A DNA stretch of 64,000 nucleotides from Mobula hypostoma (taxonomy: Eukaryota): contig NC_086108.1 in the NCBI RefSeq assembly GCF_963921235.1, positions 58,902,001-58,966,000 of the forward strand, given 5' to 3'. Shown here piece by piece: positions 14,118-27,650 of the stretch; position 1 is the stretch's first letter; the number at the start of each line of letters is the position of its first letter. Position numbers and translations under genes: made by a program. Below the pieces are notes generated by a model that saw only the letters and a list, made by a program, of their open reading frames with translations, was not told where the DNA came from and did no database searches.

Positions 14118-14445
14118 ATTGACGTGGATAGGCTTTTTCCATTGAGAGTGGGGGAGCTTCAAACAAGAGGACATGAGTTGAGAGTTAAAGGGCAAAAGTT
14201 TAGGGGTAACATGAGGGGGAACTTCTTTACTCAGAGAGTGGTAGCTGTGTGGAACGAGCTTCCAGTAGAAGTGGTTGGGGCAGGTTGGATGTTGTCATTT
14301 AAAGTTAAATTGGATAGCTATATGGACAGGAAAGAAATGGAGGGTTATGGGTTGAGTGCAGGTCGGTGGGACTAGGTGAAAGTAAGAGTTTGGCATGGAC
14401 CAGAAGGGCCGAGATGGCCTGTTTCTGTGCTGTAATTGTTATATG
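14118..14445 (+). mobile_element. CR1 LINE 3' end, young subfamily
   Basis: DVDRLFPLRVGELQTRGHELRVKG..; highly similar to 49365-49690. Confidence 0.95.
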
Positions 14446-15750
14446 GAGCAATGCTGTCACATTTCAATTGGAGTTACCTGGCCATAGTGATGGTGGAAAA
14501 TATTATTACTGGCTTTAATTTTCCATCTGGTTTGGTGAGTAATGGTGGGCACTCTTCCTCTGTTTCTCTGCATTTAGTTAGAAGCTAAATCTTAATGATA
14601 TCATAAACATTAGTCATGATTGAAGTGCATTTGTTGCAAGAAATATCTCCAAGACCTGATCGTTTAAATTTGTCTGCATTGTTTTAAATTATAAATCAAT
14701 ATGCAAATGTGTTAAATTGAAATCAGTTTGGAAGAGGATAAAACAGTCATGCATGCTTATTTTAAACCAATGTTAAGCATGAACCAGGATTGGATGAAAG
14801 GACAAATATCTGTGTAGATATTGACAACCATTCACTTCAAGGAGATATAGTCTGCTGAAATATCGTCTGAAAAGCTGAGCTATGTTTTTAATTTATCAAT
14901 AATCAATTTTACTACAGAATCATCAGTAATAATTGTGTATTCATACTGCTTTAAGATCTGAAAGAGGGTTCAGTCATAGAGAGCCAGTTAAGGAAAAAAA
15001 TAAGACACTGTCATTTGCTCTGATTGTTTAATTGACTAGCTGTCGATTGCCTTGTCAAACTGTTTTCAGCATCAAGTGCTATCTCAGCTTTAAGGAGTTA
15101 CTATTCTGACTGTGTGAGGGTACAGGCTTGGCAAAGATTATGACACAGATGACTGAGTCAAGGGTGCGTAAGTCTCCACTGCTTGTGAAACTCACCTACA
15201 TGATAGTTAGCCTACAAGTACTCATGATAATATCCTAGGTTCTCAACAGGTCATACAAAATGATCCCTAAAAATAAAAAAATATTAAAAATATATTATTC
15301 ATAAACCAGCTGCAGATAGCAAAAATACCAGGTTCAAAAGAGTAAGAATGAAGATGAAAAAAATAATCAGAAAGTGATCGTGATGTCAAGCTTTCTTTCT
15401 GATTAAAACTCATAGAATGTAAGAAGAAAGGAAATAGAAGAGAGGGAACAAGTACTATTACTCAGAGGCCTGAAAATAATTGAGATTGTGAGTGTGAGAA
15501 AGGTTAATTTAATTTTTAAATGGATTTAATTTGACTTATTATTCTAATAAGTTTTGCATTGTGCTCATGAAATCTAAAATGGTTAAAGAAAACTTTATAA
15601 TCTAACCACCTATTAAATGTCAGCATTGTGCATTCAGTTCACTTATAACAACTCTAATTATGTGTGTGTTTTCTTTTCTTCTCTCTCTTAACCATGTAGA
15701 TAAGATCTGTAAATTATAGATTTTATGTAAGCTTTTGGCATTAATCAGTT

Positions 15751-16032
15751 GGGCAGCAGAGTAGCGCAGTGGTTAGCACAACGCTTTACAGTTCTAGAGA
15801 TCTGGGTTCAATTCCTGCAGCTGTCTGTAAGGAGTTTGTGCGTTCTCCCCATGACCATTTGGGTTTCCTCCCACAGTCCAAAGACGTACTGGTTGGTAGG
15901 TTAATTGGTCATTGTAAATTGTCCCATGACTAAGCTAGGATCAAATCGGGTGTTATTGGGGGTGGCGTGGCTCAAACGGCTGGAAGGACCTATTCCACTC
16001 AGTATCTCAATAAAATAAATAAATAGAATAAA
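15751..16032 (+). mobile_element. V-SINE (HE1-like) with intact Pol III boxes
   Basis: A box TAGCGCAGTGG (15762-15772), B box GGTTCAATTCC (15805-15815), V-domain, (AAAT)n tail. Confidence 0.9.
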
Positions 16033-16682
16033 AGATTGTTGAATGGAATTGAAAACTAGACATCCTGGTGGTGCTCTGCTTCTTCACATGGGAAATAATA
16101 TTACTATTACACAGATAAAATTAATTTCGATAGTCTGGAATGAAAACATACTCCACAGCCAAAATATTTGTGTGTCAGAGACTTTGACATCAAGGATGTA
16201 TGGATATGTGTGGTCATAATGCAAGCCAGCACATCAGGACAACAATAGCTCGGCTTTACAAGCCAGACTCCAAGATATAGCAACATTGCCTGGAAGTTGC
16301 ACTGTCATTCAAAATGTCTGATTATTTCATATATGAAACATCTTTGTTCCTATAAGCTATTGTTTTATCATGTTAACATTTCCTCTTTTTTTTCTCTCAC
16401 ACCACATGAAAATAAATAATGGTGAAAATTTGCTGAGGCAGTCAATGATATGAAATTAAAAACCTTGATTTAATTCTGAATTTCCACAACTTGAATAAGA
16501 AATGATAAACAAGATGATGATTTCATTTTCCAATATTTGTTTGGACCTCTCTGTTACACTGGGATGATCTCTGAGGTGCTAAATCATTTTGCTCAGTTGT
16601 TTTATAAACAGAGTACCATCAACTTCAACTTGGAATTTGGCTTTGGAAGTTTCTGCAATATTCAAAAGACTAGTTCTTAAGC

Positions 16683-17015
16683 ATAGAAACATAGAAAACC
16701 TACAGCACAATACAGGCCCTTCAGCCCTCAATGCTGTGCCAAACATGTACTTACTTTAGAAACTACCTAGGGTTACACATAGCCATTTATTATTCTAAGG
16801 TCCATGTACATATCCAGGAGTCTCTTAAAAGACCTTATTGTATCCACCTCCACCACCGTCACTGGGAGCCCATTCCACGCACTCACCACTCTCTGCATAG
16901 AAAACTTACCCCTGGCACCCCCTCTGTACTTACTTCCGAGCACCTTAAAATTGTGCCCTCTCGTGATAGCCATTTCAGTCCTGGGATAAAGCCTCTGACT
17001 ATCCACACGATCCAC
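16683..17015 (-). mobile_element. CR1 LINE 3' end
   Basis: DRVDSQRLYPRTEMAITRGHNFKVLG..; (TTTCTATG)n tail; same subfamily as 61295-62884. Confidence 0.95.
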
Positions 17016-17164
17016 ACAGCTGTATTGAGTATTGAGCAGAATCCACTGGATCAGGCAGTGTCCTGTAGCCTAACAGAAACTTAGAGTATGAACAAGAACC
17101 AGTTGCACACAGCTTGAATTCGTGTCTTATTGGAAAAAAGAATGATTCAATTCACATATACGAA

Positions 17165-17895
17165 TTAACAATAGGAACAAGCCACTTGACCCACCAAGTC
17201 TCTTCTGACATTTAACAACATCATGTCTGATTTGATTTAAAATTTACCTCCATGTTCCTATCCAACTATGGTAATCTTTTAATCCCTTGCTAATCAATAA
17301 TCTACCTACCTCTGGTTAAAAGTATTCAAAGATTCTGCTTTAAGGAAGAAATCTAATCATTCATAGCCTTCTGAAAGAAAAAAATGGCTCTCTCTTAAGT
17401 AGGCAGCGTATTATTTTAAACAGTGATTCCCACAAGAGGAGACATCCCTTCCACATCCACCCTGTCAAGACCTCTGTACATCTTATCTGTTTCAACCAAG
17501 TCCTCTTTCACTCTTCTACGCTCCAGTGGATAATGAGATTGGTTTGCTCAACCTTTCCTCAAAGGATAACCTGATTATTACTGATTTGCGTTTCACAAAG
17601 CTTCTCTTTGAACAGCTTCCTATGCATTCATAACATTCTTTAAATTTGGAGACTAGAAATGTGCACGGTACTCCTGATGTTGCTTCAGCAATGAAATATA
17701 TAACCTTTCAACTTCTGTATTTAATTCCCCTAGCAATTAATAATGTCTTTCTGTTAGTTTTCCAAATTACTTGCAGTATCTGCTTGCGAGGCCTTTGTGA
17801 TTCATAAAACAGGTCAACCAGATTTCACTGTATTTCAAAGTTCTGTGATCACCTTTTTCACTTTGCATTCCATTTGCCAGATCTTATGCCATTTG
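17165..17895 (-). mobile_element. old CR1 LINE fragment
   Basis: Decayed 3' end and RT C-terminus (ataggaacaagccac.., ggagactagaaatgtgcacggtactcc..). Confidence 0.7.
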
Positions 17896-19123
17896 ACTTA
17901 TGTCAAAATGCTCTTTCTGGATTTCATTTTGGTATTTAACACTACTGTCCCACAAACCTTGGTAAACAAACACCTCGGTCTAAATACATCACTATGCAAC
18001 TGGGTGTTGGACTTCCTAACCAACAGACCTCAGGTAGTCAGGATGCACAACGGCTTCTCCGTCCCCATCATTCTCATCACGGGTGTCCCCCAGGGCTGTG
18101 TGCTGAGCCCACTGCTGTACACTCTGCTCATACATGACTACACAAACACCTGAGTGATCACATTGTCAAGTTCACCAATGACACTTCAGTAGTGGTGCTC
18201 ATCACCAACAATAATGAGACAGCCTACAGAGAGAAGGTGGAAGAGCTTGAGGACTGGTGCCAGGCAAATAACCTCTTCCTCAATATCAACAAGACGAAGG
18301 AGTTGTTATTGAATTCAGGAGAACTCGCACCACTCACGTCCCTCTTTACATTGGCTGCACGGCAGTGGAAACTGCGAGCAGTTTCAAACTCCTGGGAGTG
18401 CACATTGCACAGAATCTCTCATGGTCCTAGAACACATCCTACACAATCAAGAAAGTTCAGCAATGTCTCTACTTAGAGGAGGCTGAAGAGAGCTGGACAA
18501 TGCACATCTATACTCGTGTCATTCTACAGATACGCAGTGGAGAGCCTCCTAACAAGGTGCATCACTGCCTGGTATGGAAACTGCACTGTGTTGGATAGGA
18601 AGGCTCTGCAAAGGGTAGTCAAAACTGTCCAATGCATCAATGGCACTAGCCTACCCACCATGAGGTACATATATACAGAAAAGTGTCAGAAAAGGGCCTG
18701 TAACATCATAAAAGATATCTCCCATTGTGCTCATGGACTGTTTGTCCCAGACCCGTCAGAGAGGAGGCTATGTACTAGTCACACCAGGACCACCAGATTC
18801 AAAAACAGTTACTTTCCCCAAGCAGTTAACTGATCAACACCTCCAACCACTAACCCACCCCTCCATGCCCCAAATACCTTTATCATTTCCTGTCAGTCAC
18901 CTTATGTACAGACAGTCCCGTGCCTAGTATCACTTAATGGACATACAATTAATCCATTTATACAAGCTATATTATGTATTTATATTTATCGTGTTTTTTT
19001 ATTATTATTATTATTGTGTTCCTTATCTTGTTTTTTTTTGTGCTGAATCATATCCAGAGTAGCAATTATTTTGTTCTCCTTTACACTCATGTACTGGAAA
19101 TGACATTAAACAATCTTGAATCT
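17896..19123 (+). mobile_element. Rex1/Babar-type LINE RT pseudogene, 5'-truncated
   Basis: [63 protein letters not shown]; frameshifted; (TCTTGAA) tail. Confidence 0.92.
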
Positions 19124-21044
19124 TTGCTCGCTTAGGTTATCTGTTGCCTTCAAACTTACCTGCCTATCATTGAAAATCTTAGAGTCCATATGTTTGGTAT
19201 TGGTATTTGGTATCCTTATGCATTTATCAGAACAAGATCTCCGGCCTTGGGATCATTTCCAGAAAGACTGTGAATTACAGAAACAATCATGCCTAGAAAA
19301 TCTGTGCACTCTGATAGGTATGGTAGGTGGCCACTGCAGCAAATGGCTGTTCAGGGTTTTGTCTCCTGATGGAGTCAGTTCTACCCAAGATCTTGCTCTT
19401 GAAAGAGTGCCACCCACTCCTGTGCCTGGATGCCTAAATGAGCCTCTGCTGCGTCCAAGATGAGGGTGCAGTGGTGAGCTGATGGTTGCTCAGGAGACAG
19501 TTGTTGGAATAAGAGTAATGATATTGATGGTGAGGTGCTTTGGTGGGTGGGACGAGGCTGACAATGAAGGTCAGGGTCTGTTACTCAGGTGGGGTCTTGG
19601 GATGGAAGATTGACAGAATTGGACCTGGGAAATGGGCAGTAGTGAAATTGGTCAGGTTGAGATTGGTGTAGTGCAAGGAATAGGGTAATTTCGTAATTAA
19701 GTTATTAATTTACCTGGTAGGCATCCCATTTTAGTACAGTGCTGAGAAAATCTTATTGTCTCTCAAATGCCCAGTGAATTAGTCTAGCATGAGAGGTTTT
19801 AACAACAGGATATGGGAATGGCATTTCCTTTCCATTGTTAAAATGATAAATTCCAAATAACACTCCTGAAATAGTTATATTTTGTAAATACTGTTCCTGA
19901 TTTTCTTCCATACTATTGGAACTTGTGTATAAATTCAAATGTGTGTGAAACACTAAAAGCAATAGTCCTGTAATAAAGATTCTGTTAATGATTATATAAA
20001 AAAGGTTTTACCAAAACTAATCAGATATAGTGCTCATTATAGTGAGAATCTCTCAGCTAAATAATCAAAGTATACTGTAGACACAATAGTATACAGCTAT
20101 ACTGTATATTCTCTCCTTCTCCAACATCTTTCACTTCTCCACAAAAGGCACTGACTTACTGTGATAAACAGTGATGCTGTGTGACAATATAAAATGGGTG
20201 AGGGTAAAATAGGGGTGATGTGAAACTGCTTATCCACAGCGTATTACCAATCTTCCATCTATCATATGTTAAGATGTATCTCACAATCAGTTGCGACTTC
20301 AGCAGTGCTGTCACAACCTTCGCTGAGTTACCAAATTTTACACAGATTCAAACAACACTAATAGGCTCAATGATTGTTGGAGAGGATGCCAAAAGGTTTA
20401 CTTGTTTTCATCCAATATCAGTACATGTCTACTGTGATGACAAAGCAATCATGATTCTTGGCAGCTGATTCCCTTGCCTTTCTCAAAAATTTAGAAACCA
20501 ACTGTAACAGATATTATTGCCCAGACCAAGATCATTACTCTGCGGATCAAACTACAAATCACAATGGACCAAGTATCTAGAGCTATTATTGAGGAATTGA
20601 CCACAGCTCGGTAATTTTTACTGTATCATCTATAATACTCTATCGTTGAATGAAAAGTTAAAACTATTTGAACATAATTTTTGGAAAAAATGTGCTGTGA
20701 TAAATATTAAAGATGAAATTTATTGTTAAAGCAGATTCATTGCTTTAATCAAGAATTTTACTGACCATTTTCTTACATATATTAACTTCCCAGTTGTCCA
20801 ATTTTTTGATGCATAGCACACTAACAATATTTTATGAAAGCACTTCACGTATTAAAGTGGATGGATTGTGACTGCGGAATTTGATGTGAAGGAAGAGATT
20901 TGATAGCTCTGTTGAAATTTCATTAAAAAAGGTAAAAAACTGCCTTATTGTTGTAAATGCTACTTTCCACATCACAAATCACATTAGGCAGCTCAGGCAG
21001 GCAGAAGAGTTCAAGACATTGTTAGATAGTCCCCACAATATACA

Positions 21045-21245
21045 GAGTTTTTTTTTACACAGAGTGTGGAATGTGGTGGTAGAGGCAGATGCATTAGGGA
21101 CATTTTTAGAAACACTTAGATAGTCACATGAATAAAAGAAAAATGGAGGGTTATGTGGCAGGGAATGGTTGAATTGATCTTGGAGTCAGTTAAAATGTCA
21201 GCACAACATCAGGGACCAAGGGGCCAGTAACGTGCTGTACGGTTG
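21045..21245 (+). mobile_element. CR1 LINE 3' end
   Basis: ttttttacacagagtgtgg..gtggtagaggcagat..gggccagtaacgtgctgtac. Confidence 0.8.
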
Positions 21246-21699
21246 TGTAAGCAATGTTCTTAATATTTAAAAAAAGACAACTTTGTCTGAAGGAGTCATC
21301 AAGTGGTCCAGACTTCATAGATGCTAACCAATGTCTCTAGAATATCAGTGAATTAGTATTTTTGATTTATAAGGTATTGATATCAGACATACTCAAACTA
21401 AAAACACAAGAAGTAATAATTCTATATGTGTTCCTACATTTTGGATAGTCTTAGCAAGCATCTTGTGCTATTCCACATTAAGGTGCAGTATTAATGGTGA
21501 CAAATGTGTGTAATTTGGTGGAAACAATTCAGGACAATTAGTCTCTGGCTGTAATTTGATTCAGCAGCAAATTTTAGTGTCAGAAATGTTGTTTTTAGTA
21601 GCTTAGCAATATCGATAAAACTTTAAATGCTTCACTGTTCTTTGATCTATTTCTGCTTTATTTCAAACCATATTTCAGTTAATATAAGGAGCATTTATT

Positions 21700-22496
21700 C
21701 AGTGACTCATCCACTCTCCACTGAACATCGACGACTCCTCTGTAGAGATTGTTAGGAGCACCAAATTTCTTGGTGTTCACCTGACGGAGAATCTCACCTG
21801 GTCCCTCAACACCAGCTCCATAGCAAAGAAAGCCCAGCAGTATCTCTACTTTCTGCGAAGGCTGAGAAAAGTCCATCTCCCACCCCCCCCCCCACCCCCA
21901 CCATTCACACCACATTCTACAGAGGTTGTATTGAGAGCATCCTGAGCAGCTGCATCACTGCCTGGTTCGAAATTGTACCATCTCAGATCTCAAGACCCTG
22001 CAGCAGATAGTGAGGTCAGCTGAGAAGATCATCGGGGTTTCTCTTCCCGCCATGAGAGACATTTACACCACACGCTGCATCCGTAAAGCAAAACAGCATT
22101 ATGTTTTGCTCCCCTCATACAAACTCTTCTCTCTCCTGCCATCTGGCAAAAGGCACCAAAGTATTCGAGCTCTCACGACTAGACCATGTAACAGTTTCTT
22201 TCCCCAAGTCATCAGACTCGTCAATACTCGGAGCCTGGACTGACACCAACCTACTATACCCTCTACTGTGTCTATTGTCTTGTTTATTATTTATTGTAAT
22301 GCCGGCACTGTTTTGTGCACTTTATGCAGTCCTGGGTAGGTCTGTAGTCTAGTGTAGTTTTGTGTTGTTTTTACCTAGTTCAGTGCAGTTTTTGTATTGT
22401 TCATGTAGCACCATGGTCCTGAAAAACGGTGTCTCATTTTTAATGTGTACTGTACCAGCAGTTATGGTTGAAATGACAATAAAGAGTTGACTTGAC
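21700..22496 (+). mobile_element. Rex1/Babar-type LINE 3' portion
   Basis: KFLGVHL..KKAQQYLYFLRRL..RSAEKIIGVSLP..NSFFPQVIRL; (GACTT) tail; 3' UTR shared with 56450-56685. Confidence 0.9.
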
Positions 22497-22569
22497 ACTG
22501 GTACCCTCAAAGGTTTCAGCCTCTACAAATCATGCGACAGGGGCATGATAGAAAATTCTTTTCTTTCTA

Positions 22570-23010
22570 GGAAAGTGCAACTCCAGTAACACACAAGAAG
22601 CTCTGTATTATTCCAGCACAATGTAGCCTACATGATTAACACCCCATTGACTACTCTGAATATTAGTTCTTTCCATCAATGATTACACTGGGTATAAAAT
22701 GCAAATGGCACCTCCTGAACCATTGACCTTTACTAGGGACAATTAGGACAAGTGTATTAGATGATGGGGAACATCACCACCAGCAGTTTGCCTCTAGGCC
22801 ACGCCCCAGTCTGTATCAGAGTTATAGCACTGTTCCATTTTGGTGCAAGGTCTAACACATGAAACTACTCACACAAGCACACTGTGCAAGTATCTGCATC
22901 AGAAGGACTACAACACTTTAAAAGCTGGCTCACGAGCACCTTCACAAGGCCAATTAGGGATAGTCCATAAAATCTAGCTTTCCCTGTGGTACAGTATGTG
23001 TATCCGAAAC
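22570..23010 (+). mobile_element. ancient CR1/L2-group LINE 3' end
   Basis: gggaacatcaccaccagcagttt..gctcacgagcaccttcacaaggccaattagggat..ataaaa; related decayed copy at 38510-38760. Confidence 0.55.
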
Positions 23011-24285
23011 AAATAAGAAAAAAATGTTATATCACTTCCACAGCCTGAAATGAATGCAACACGTTCTAGTTTCAATAGTGAGAATAACTTTTTTGAATTT
23101 TGAAATAGTCACCATATACCAGATGATTAGAGATTTGTGTCTGCAGCCAATAGATCTCTTTGATCCACTCTACACCTTTATTATAGGGCACTTCATAAAT
23201 ATTTTCATCATTTTGCATCATTACAGTTGTTCAATACAATAAGTGAATGTAATCTTCTTGAAAAAAGATTTGTTGCAAAAGATAAAATTATTAAAAAGGT
23301 GACTAATTGCATCACTTCTTCCATTGAGGTCATCATGATTGTAAATGTTTTACAGCTATTTGGCTTCACTTCCACCTTCCATGAGTACAGTAGTTAAAGT
23401 TATCCAAATGCTCATTCATAAAGGTGCAAAATTGATCATCCAGTGAGGATTTAGATTGGCAGCTGGGCAATAGAAAACATATTCTTTATGATGTCATTGG
23501 AAACAAATGAAGCTCCATGGTCAACTGGCTAACCACAAATGCCAAAGGAATCAATAAGTATGTGGATAAAGTCAGTTCCACTTTAATAAATTAAAATGAT
23601 AAGGGAAGAATATTTACCATAGTTCCCCCATTGAATACTATTTTGCTTTTCTAACTCACATTCATCTCAATCTTTCAAATATTCAGATTTGTATTTACTA
23701 GTTATTTTTGTTCTTCAATGAAGGAAACATTTGATATTCCAGCTGTTTTTTTTTGAATGGAGCAACAGTTAATTAAAACATTGCTTGGTTCAGTGAAGAA
23801 GACATTATTGGAAAACAGATTCTACTCAGGGCTCTGTTACATTTTGAGTTATGTCATGAATATATAAAAGCCTTAGAATTTTGCACAGATTGTTTTCTCT
23901 GACATCATGAAACTTGGATTTAAGGCTTTGCTTTGTTCCAACTGGACTTGTAATCACTTGGTCAAATACATAATTGAATGGTAGAATTCTTGTTATCATA
24001 AAGCAGCAAACTTTGACTTTTACATTTTCTACCTCTAGAATGAGCTGAAACTTTGAAAAGGCAGTAGTATTTGTTAACTTTCACAAACTAATACATGTCG
24101 ATTTTATGTGCTGCAACTTCACACAGACCACAACTTGTAAATGTAAATGCTGTTACAGAGACAGTCCACGCAATTGGTACTTAAGCCACAAATTCATTCA
24201 GTATGATCAGCCCATCTACAGTATAAACTGGGAGTATATACAGAGTTAAATCTCAAATGCAAAATGTGAATGGAAAAAAATCCCA

Positions 24286-24291
24286 TTTATT
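24286..24291 (-). promoter_or_regulatory. candidate polyadenylation signal (AATAAA) of NEGR1
   Basis: First canonical AATAAA seen on minus after the stop, about 1.6 kb downstream, followed by T-rich sequence. A more distal candidate lies at 20724-20719. Confidence 0.35.
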
Positions 24292-24889
24292 CTACAATGA
24301 AAAGAAAATAGTAAATGGTTATCATTAGCTGGAAAATAAATGAAGCCTAATATTTTGGTTGGGATTCTCTATCAGATTAGAATTAAATCTGATCGAGATT
24401 CTCACTCTCATATGGAGATCAGTTGTGATTCTGGCACAAGTCTCCTTTCAAATGGAGATGATCTCTTTCTGTTGCTACTGTATCCAAAAGTGTTATACTT
24501 TCCTATTTCTAGCATTTTCAAGTTTTTATGCTGCCCCACATCCCAAAGACACGCTAGCTGGTATTTAACTGCCCCATGAATGACCCCTAGCCTTGCCAAG
24601 GTGGTTTGAGAATTAGACAGCAGTCAATGAGTGTTTAAGTGCATGAAGGAGAATAAATTACAGGAATGCTGCAGAATAGGATTGATGAGATGGCACTGAG
24701 GGCCAGCATTGACTTATTGGACCAAATCGCTTCCTTCAGTGTTGTAGGGAAATATGAAATATTCTAAAATCATTACGGGACTGGACCAAACAAGAACACT
24801 GAAAAAAGTCAATACAATGGGAAAAATGGAAGTGGGTAAATTGTGATAGATGACTGATCTATTCCCATATTCCCCGCATTTTCGTTCCC

Positions 24890-25205
24890 ATGTTGAAGAC
24901 CATTTGGCCCATCAAGTCTATGCTGGCTCTCCAAGGATTTCCATTAGTCCCATTCTCCCACTTAACTTTTCCTGTAATCTATTTTCCCTCATGTACCCAG
25001 CAAACTCCCCCTCTACACTTACACTAGGTGCAGTTTACAGTACCAAGCTAATCTACCCACTTGTCTTTGTGATGTGGGAGAAAACCAGAGCACTGAAGGG
25101 AAATCCATGCAGTGAAAGGGAGAAAGTGAGCATAGACAGTACCAGAGGTCAGGACTGAAATCAGGTCACAGGAGCTGTGAAGCAGCTCACTACTACTGCA
25201 CAAAT
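24890..25205 (-). mobile_element. V-SINE (HE1-like), decayed, within the putative NEGR1 3' UTR
   Basis: Reverse complement of the V-domain (gtctttgtgatgtgggagaaaaccagagcac), tRNA-like head near 25150-25205 and CR1-like tail. Confidence 0.75.
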
Positions 25206-25889
25206 GCAATGTCCTTATTCTTTCTCATTTTCTTGAATTCAAGTGTTCTTTAACTATAAGGTATTTTAGAGGAAATCTGGAATATGTTAAATTTACAGAA
25301 AAATGACTAATTAACTGAAATGGATTCCCCTCTTATACCAGTCTGTTCTGTTGCAAAAATGAGTTTTTCCTGATTTATATATTTGGATAAACCTGTTAAA
25401 ACTTTGGAACATTATATACACAAGGCCTGTTTCCATTGAATGCCCAGTAGAGTTATGATGAAATTATGAATACAAAATCATATTATAGGCTATAATATCT
25501 CATGCGTGCCATATTTTTCTTGCATGTAACCAGCACCTTGATGCAGAGAGGAGGGGCGGCTAATGTGAACTGTGAAGCATTTCAGCTTTTATGCAAGATA
25601 ATACAATATATGTTCTCAAAAAGTAACTCCACAGCCTACAAAGCTTGAGGATAATGAGTTCAATGTTAAATCTTGATGAAAACCTGTAAAGAATATAATT
25701 TAGACATTTACATGATCAGTAATTATAGGAAAGTTTCACATCCCTGTGTTTGTACTGTTGATTGATTCTCACACTTTCTGTGAATGAACTGTACCAGATT
25801 GTTTCCAGTTCCCAGCACTTGGAAGTGATTCTTGAACTTCTTCATGCTTTCCCACTCACGTTCTTCGTGGCTGGCAAGTTTCCCCTCTG

Positions 25890-25990
25890 CTAGTATGTGC
25901 TGACCAGGAAGGATAGTCCCACCACCAGGTACCACCAGGATAAAATAACTTCAGCACCACCAGGGATTCCATGTTTTTCTTTGGATGGCA
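25890..25990 (-). CDS. NEGR1: terminal coding exon, GPI-anchor signal peptide
   Basis: Acceptor ttctcttattttcacAG at 25991+. The phase-1 join with the 55235 donor gives (M)PSKEKHGIPGGAEVILSWWYLVVGLSFLVSTY-TAG, which aligns with the recalled NEGR1 C-terminus PPSTAQYGITGSADVLFSCWYLVLTLSSFTSIFY. This frame is not in the ORF track. Confidence 0.92.
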
Positions 25991-26519
25991 CTGTGAAAAT
26001 AAGAGAAATCATGCCTTACTCACATCTTCTTATCACAAGCAATCACTTGAATTAAGGTCCTGCTTCTTCACAGCGGCTATTGGACTGCCAGTTACACCAA
26101 TCTTAAGGTGAGGTTAAATATGTAATCAAATGATGCTCTGTAATCAAGAAAATGCAGATTTAGGACTAGATACAGATTTTCATTTTTTAGAACAATAGTG
26201 ACTTTTAGGATTCTAGCTGGAATAAAATAATCATACCTTGGTCTTGGCAGTCCTGTGGAGTTACCCCCAGACACTCCACTCTGCCTCCATAACTACTTCA
26301 TACACCAGTACTTATATGTGAGCCTAGGCAGTAGAAGTTGCTGGGCTTTTCAAATTCAGTGCTCGCAGCCAAGCCCAGTATTAATCTCAGCTGATATTCA
26401 TATATTTAGAGATACTAAGAGAAGGTATCATTCCAAAGCTACATTAATGGATATCCCGTCGTATCTTAACAAAAGGCAGAATGATGATGGATGAACTCAC
26501 TGGAGGCAAAAGATGCAAG

Positions 26520-26542
26520 TCATAAACACAAGAGATTCTGTG

Positions 26543-26573
<31 letters not shown>

Positions 26574-27650
26574 CTGGAGTCAGGCAGCATGTATGGACAG
26601 GAATAAGCAGTTGATATTTAGGCCTGGACCTTTCGTAACATTTTGGGTCACATAACTGTATCAGGAATGAGAGAGAAGAAGAAATATTGTGAGTATATAA
26701 CAGGAAAAGGGCTGGGTTGGTGGAAGGTGCGATAGAAACGGTTCGGGAGTGAATAATGGGTAGATGAAATCAGGTGGAGGAGGAGGAAGGAGGATGGGAA
26801 AGGTGAACAAATGGAGAATAAAACTGAGTGGATGGGTGAGTGTGTGAGGAAAGAGAGAACAGGTATTATGTGGGTTACCTGAATGTAGAAATTGTCTTGT
26901 TCATATTATTAGGTTGTAAGTTATCCTATCAGAATATGAGATGGTGTACTTCCAATTTATGTTTGGCCTCTCCATAGGAATGAAGGTCAGCATGAGAGTG
27001 GGAAGAGAGATAAAATAACATACAAATGGAAGCTCAAGATGGCCAGTGCAGTCGTTCCTCAGAACGGTTGCCTTTTCTACGCTTGAGTTCACTATTGTTG
27101 AGGAGGCCATACAGGAGAACAGAATCCTGTAGACTAAGTTGGAAGAGGTCCAGGTGAAAGTCTGCCTCACTTGGAAGTGTTTTGCAGATCCCTGCATTGT
27201 GGCAAGGGTGGAACTGAAGGGACAGTGCCAGGTTATGGGGACAGAAGAGAGGACCACTGAGTCACAAAGAGAGTGACTCAGTACAAAGCAGAAAGAGAGA
27301 AAGGGGAAAATGTGACTGGTGGTGTGATTACATTGGAGCTGGTAGAAATGGCAGAGATATGGTAGATGTGTTGGATGCTTAGACTGGCAGTGAAAAATGA
27401 TGACCGATGGAACTCTATTGCTGTTCTGTCAGAGGAGAGGTTGGGGAGGGGGCAAGCGGTCAGCACAGACATGCCAGAAATGAGGAGATGTGTGTATGGA
27501 TGGCAATGGGGAAGCCATGCATTAGACAGAGTCAAGCAATGGCATTCTTACAAGAGGCAAGGTGGGAGGAGGTATAGTTGAGATAAATATGAGAGTCAGC
27601 ATGTTTATTTAAGATATCAGTGGCAAGTCTGTTTCCTGAGGTGGACACTA
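26520..27650 (-). mobile_element. Penelope-like element, decayed 3' part
   Basis: QGSAKHFQVRQTFTWTSSNLVY.. (GIY-YIG region) plus the terminal repeat at 26520-26640. Confidence 0.8.
26543..26568. repeat. (CA)13 microsatellite
   Basis: Seen directly; expanded from the acacacaaaatgctgg of the PLE terminus. Confidence 0.95.

Noticed and set aside
15751..15830. tRNA gene
   Set aside because: The A/B boxes continue into a V-domain and tail, so it is a SINE head; likewise 7713 and 41720.
21876..21902. C-rich tract / G-quadruplex on minus
   Set aside because: Local expansion within a Rex fragment; no sign of function.
25723..25935. 70-aa ORF overlapping the terminal NEGR1 exon
   Set aside because: Wrong frame; the spliced frame gives the GPI signal and stops at 25890.
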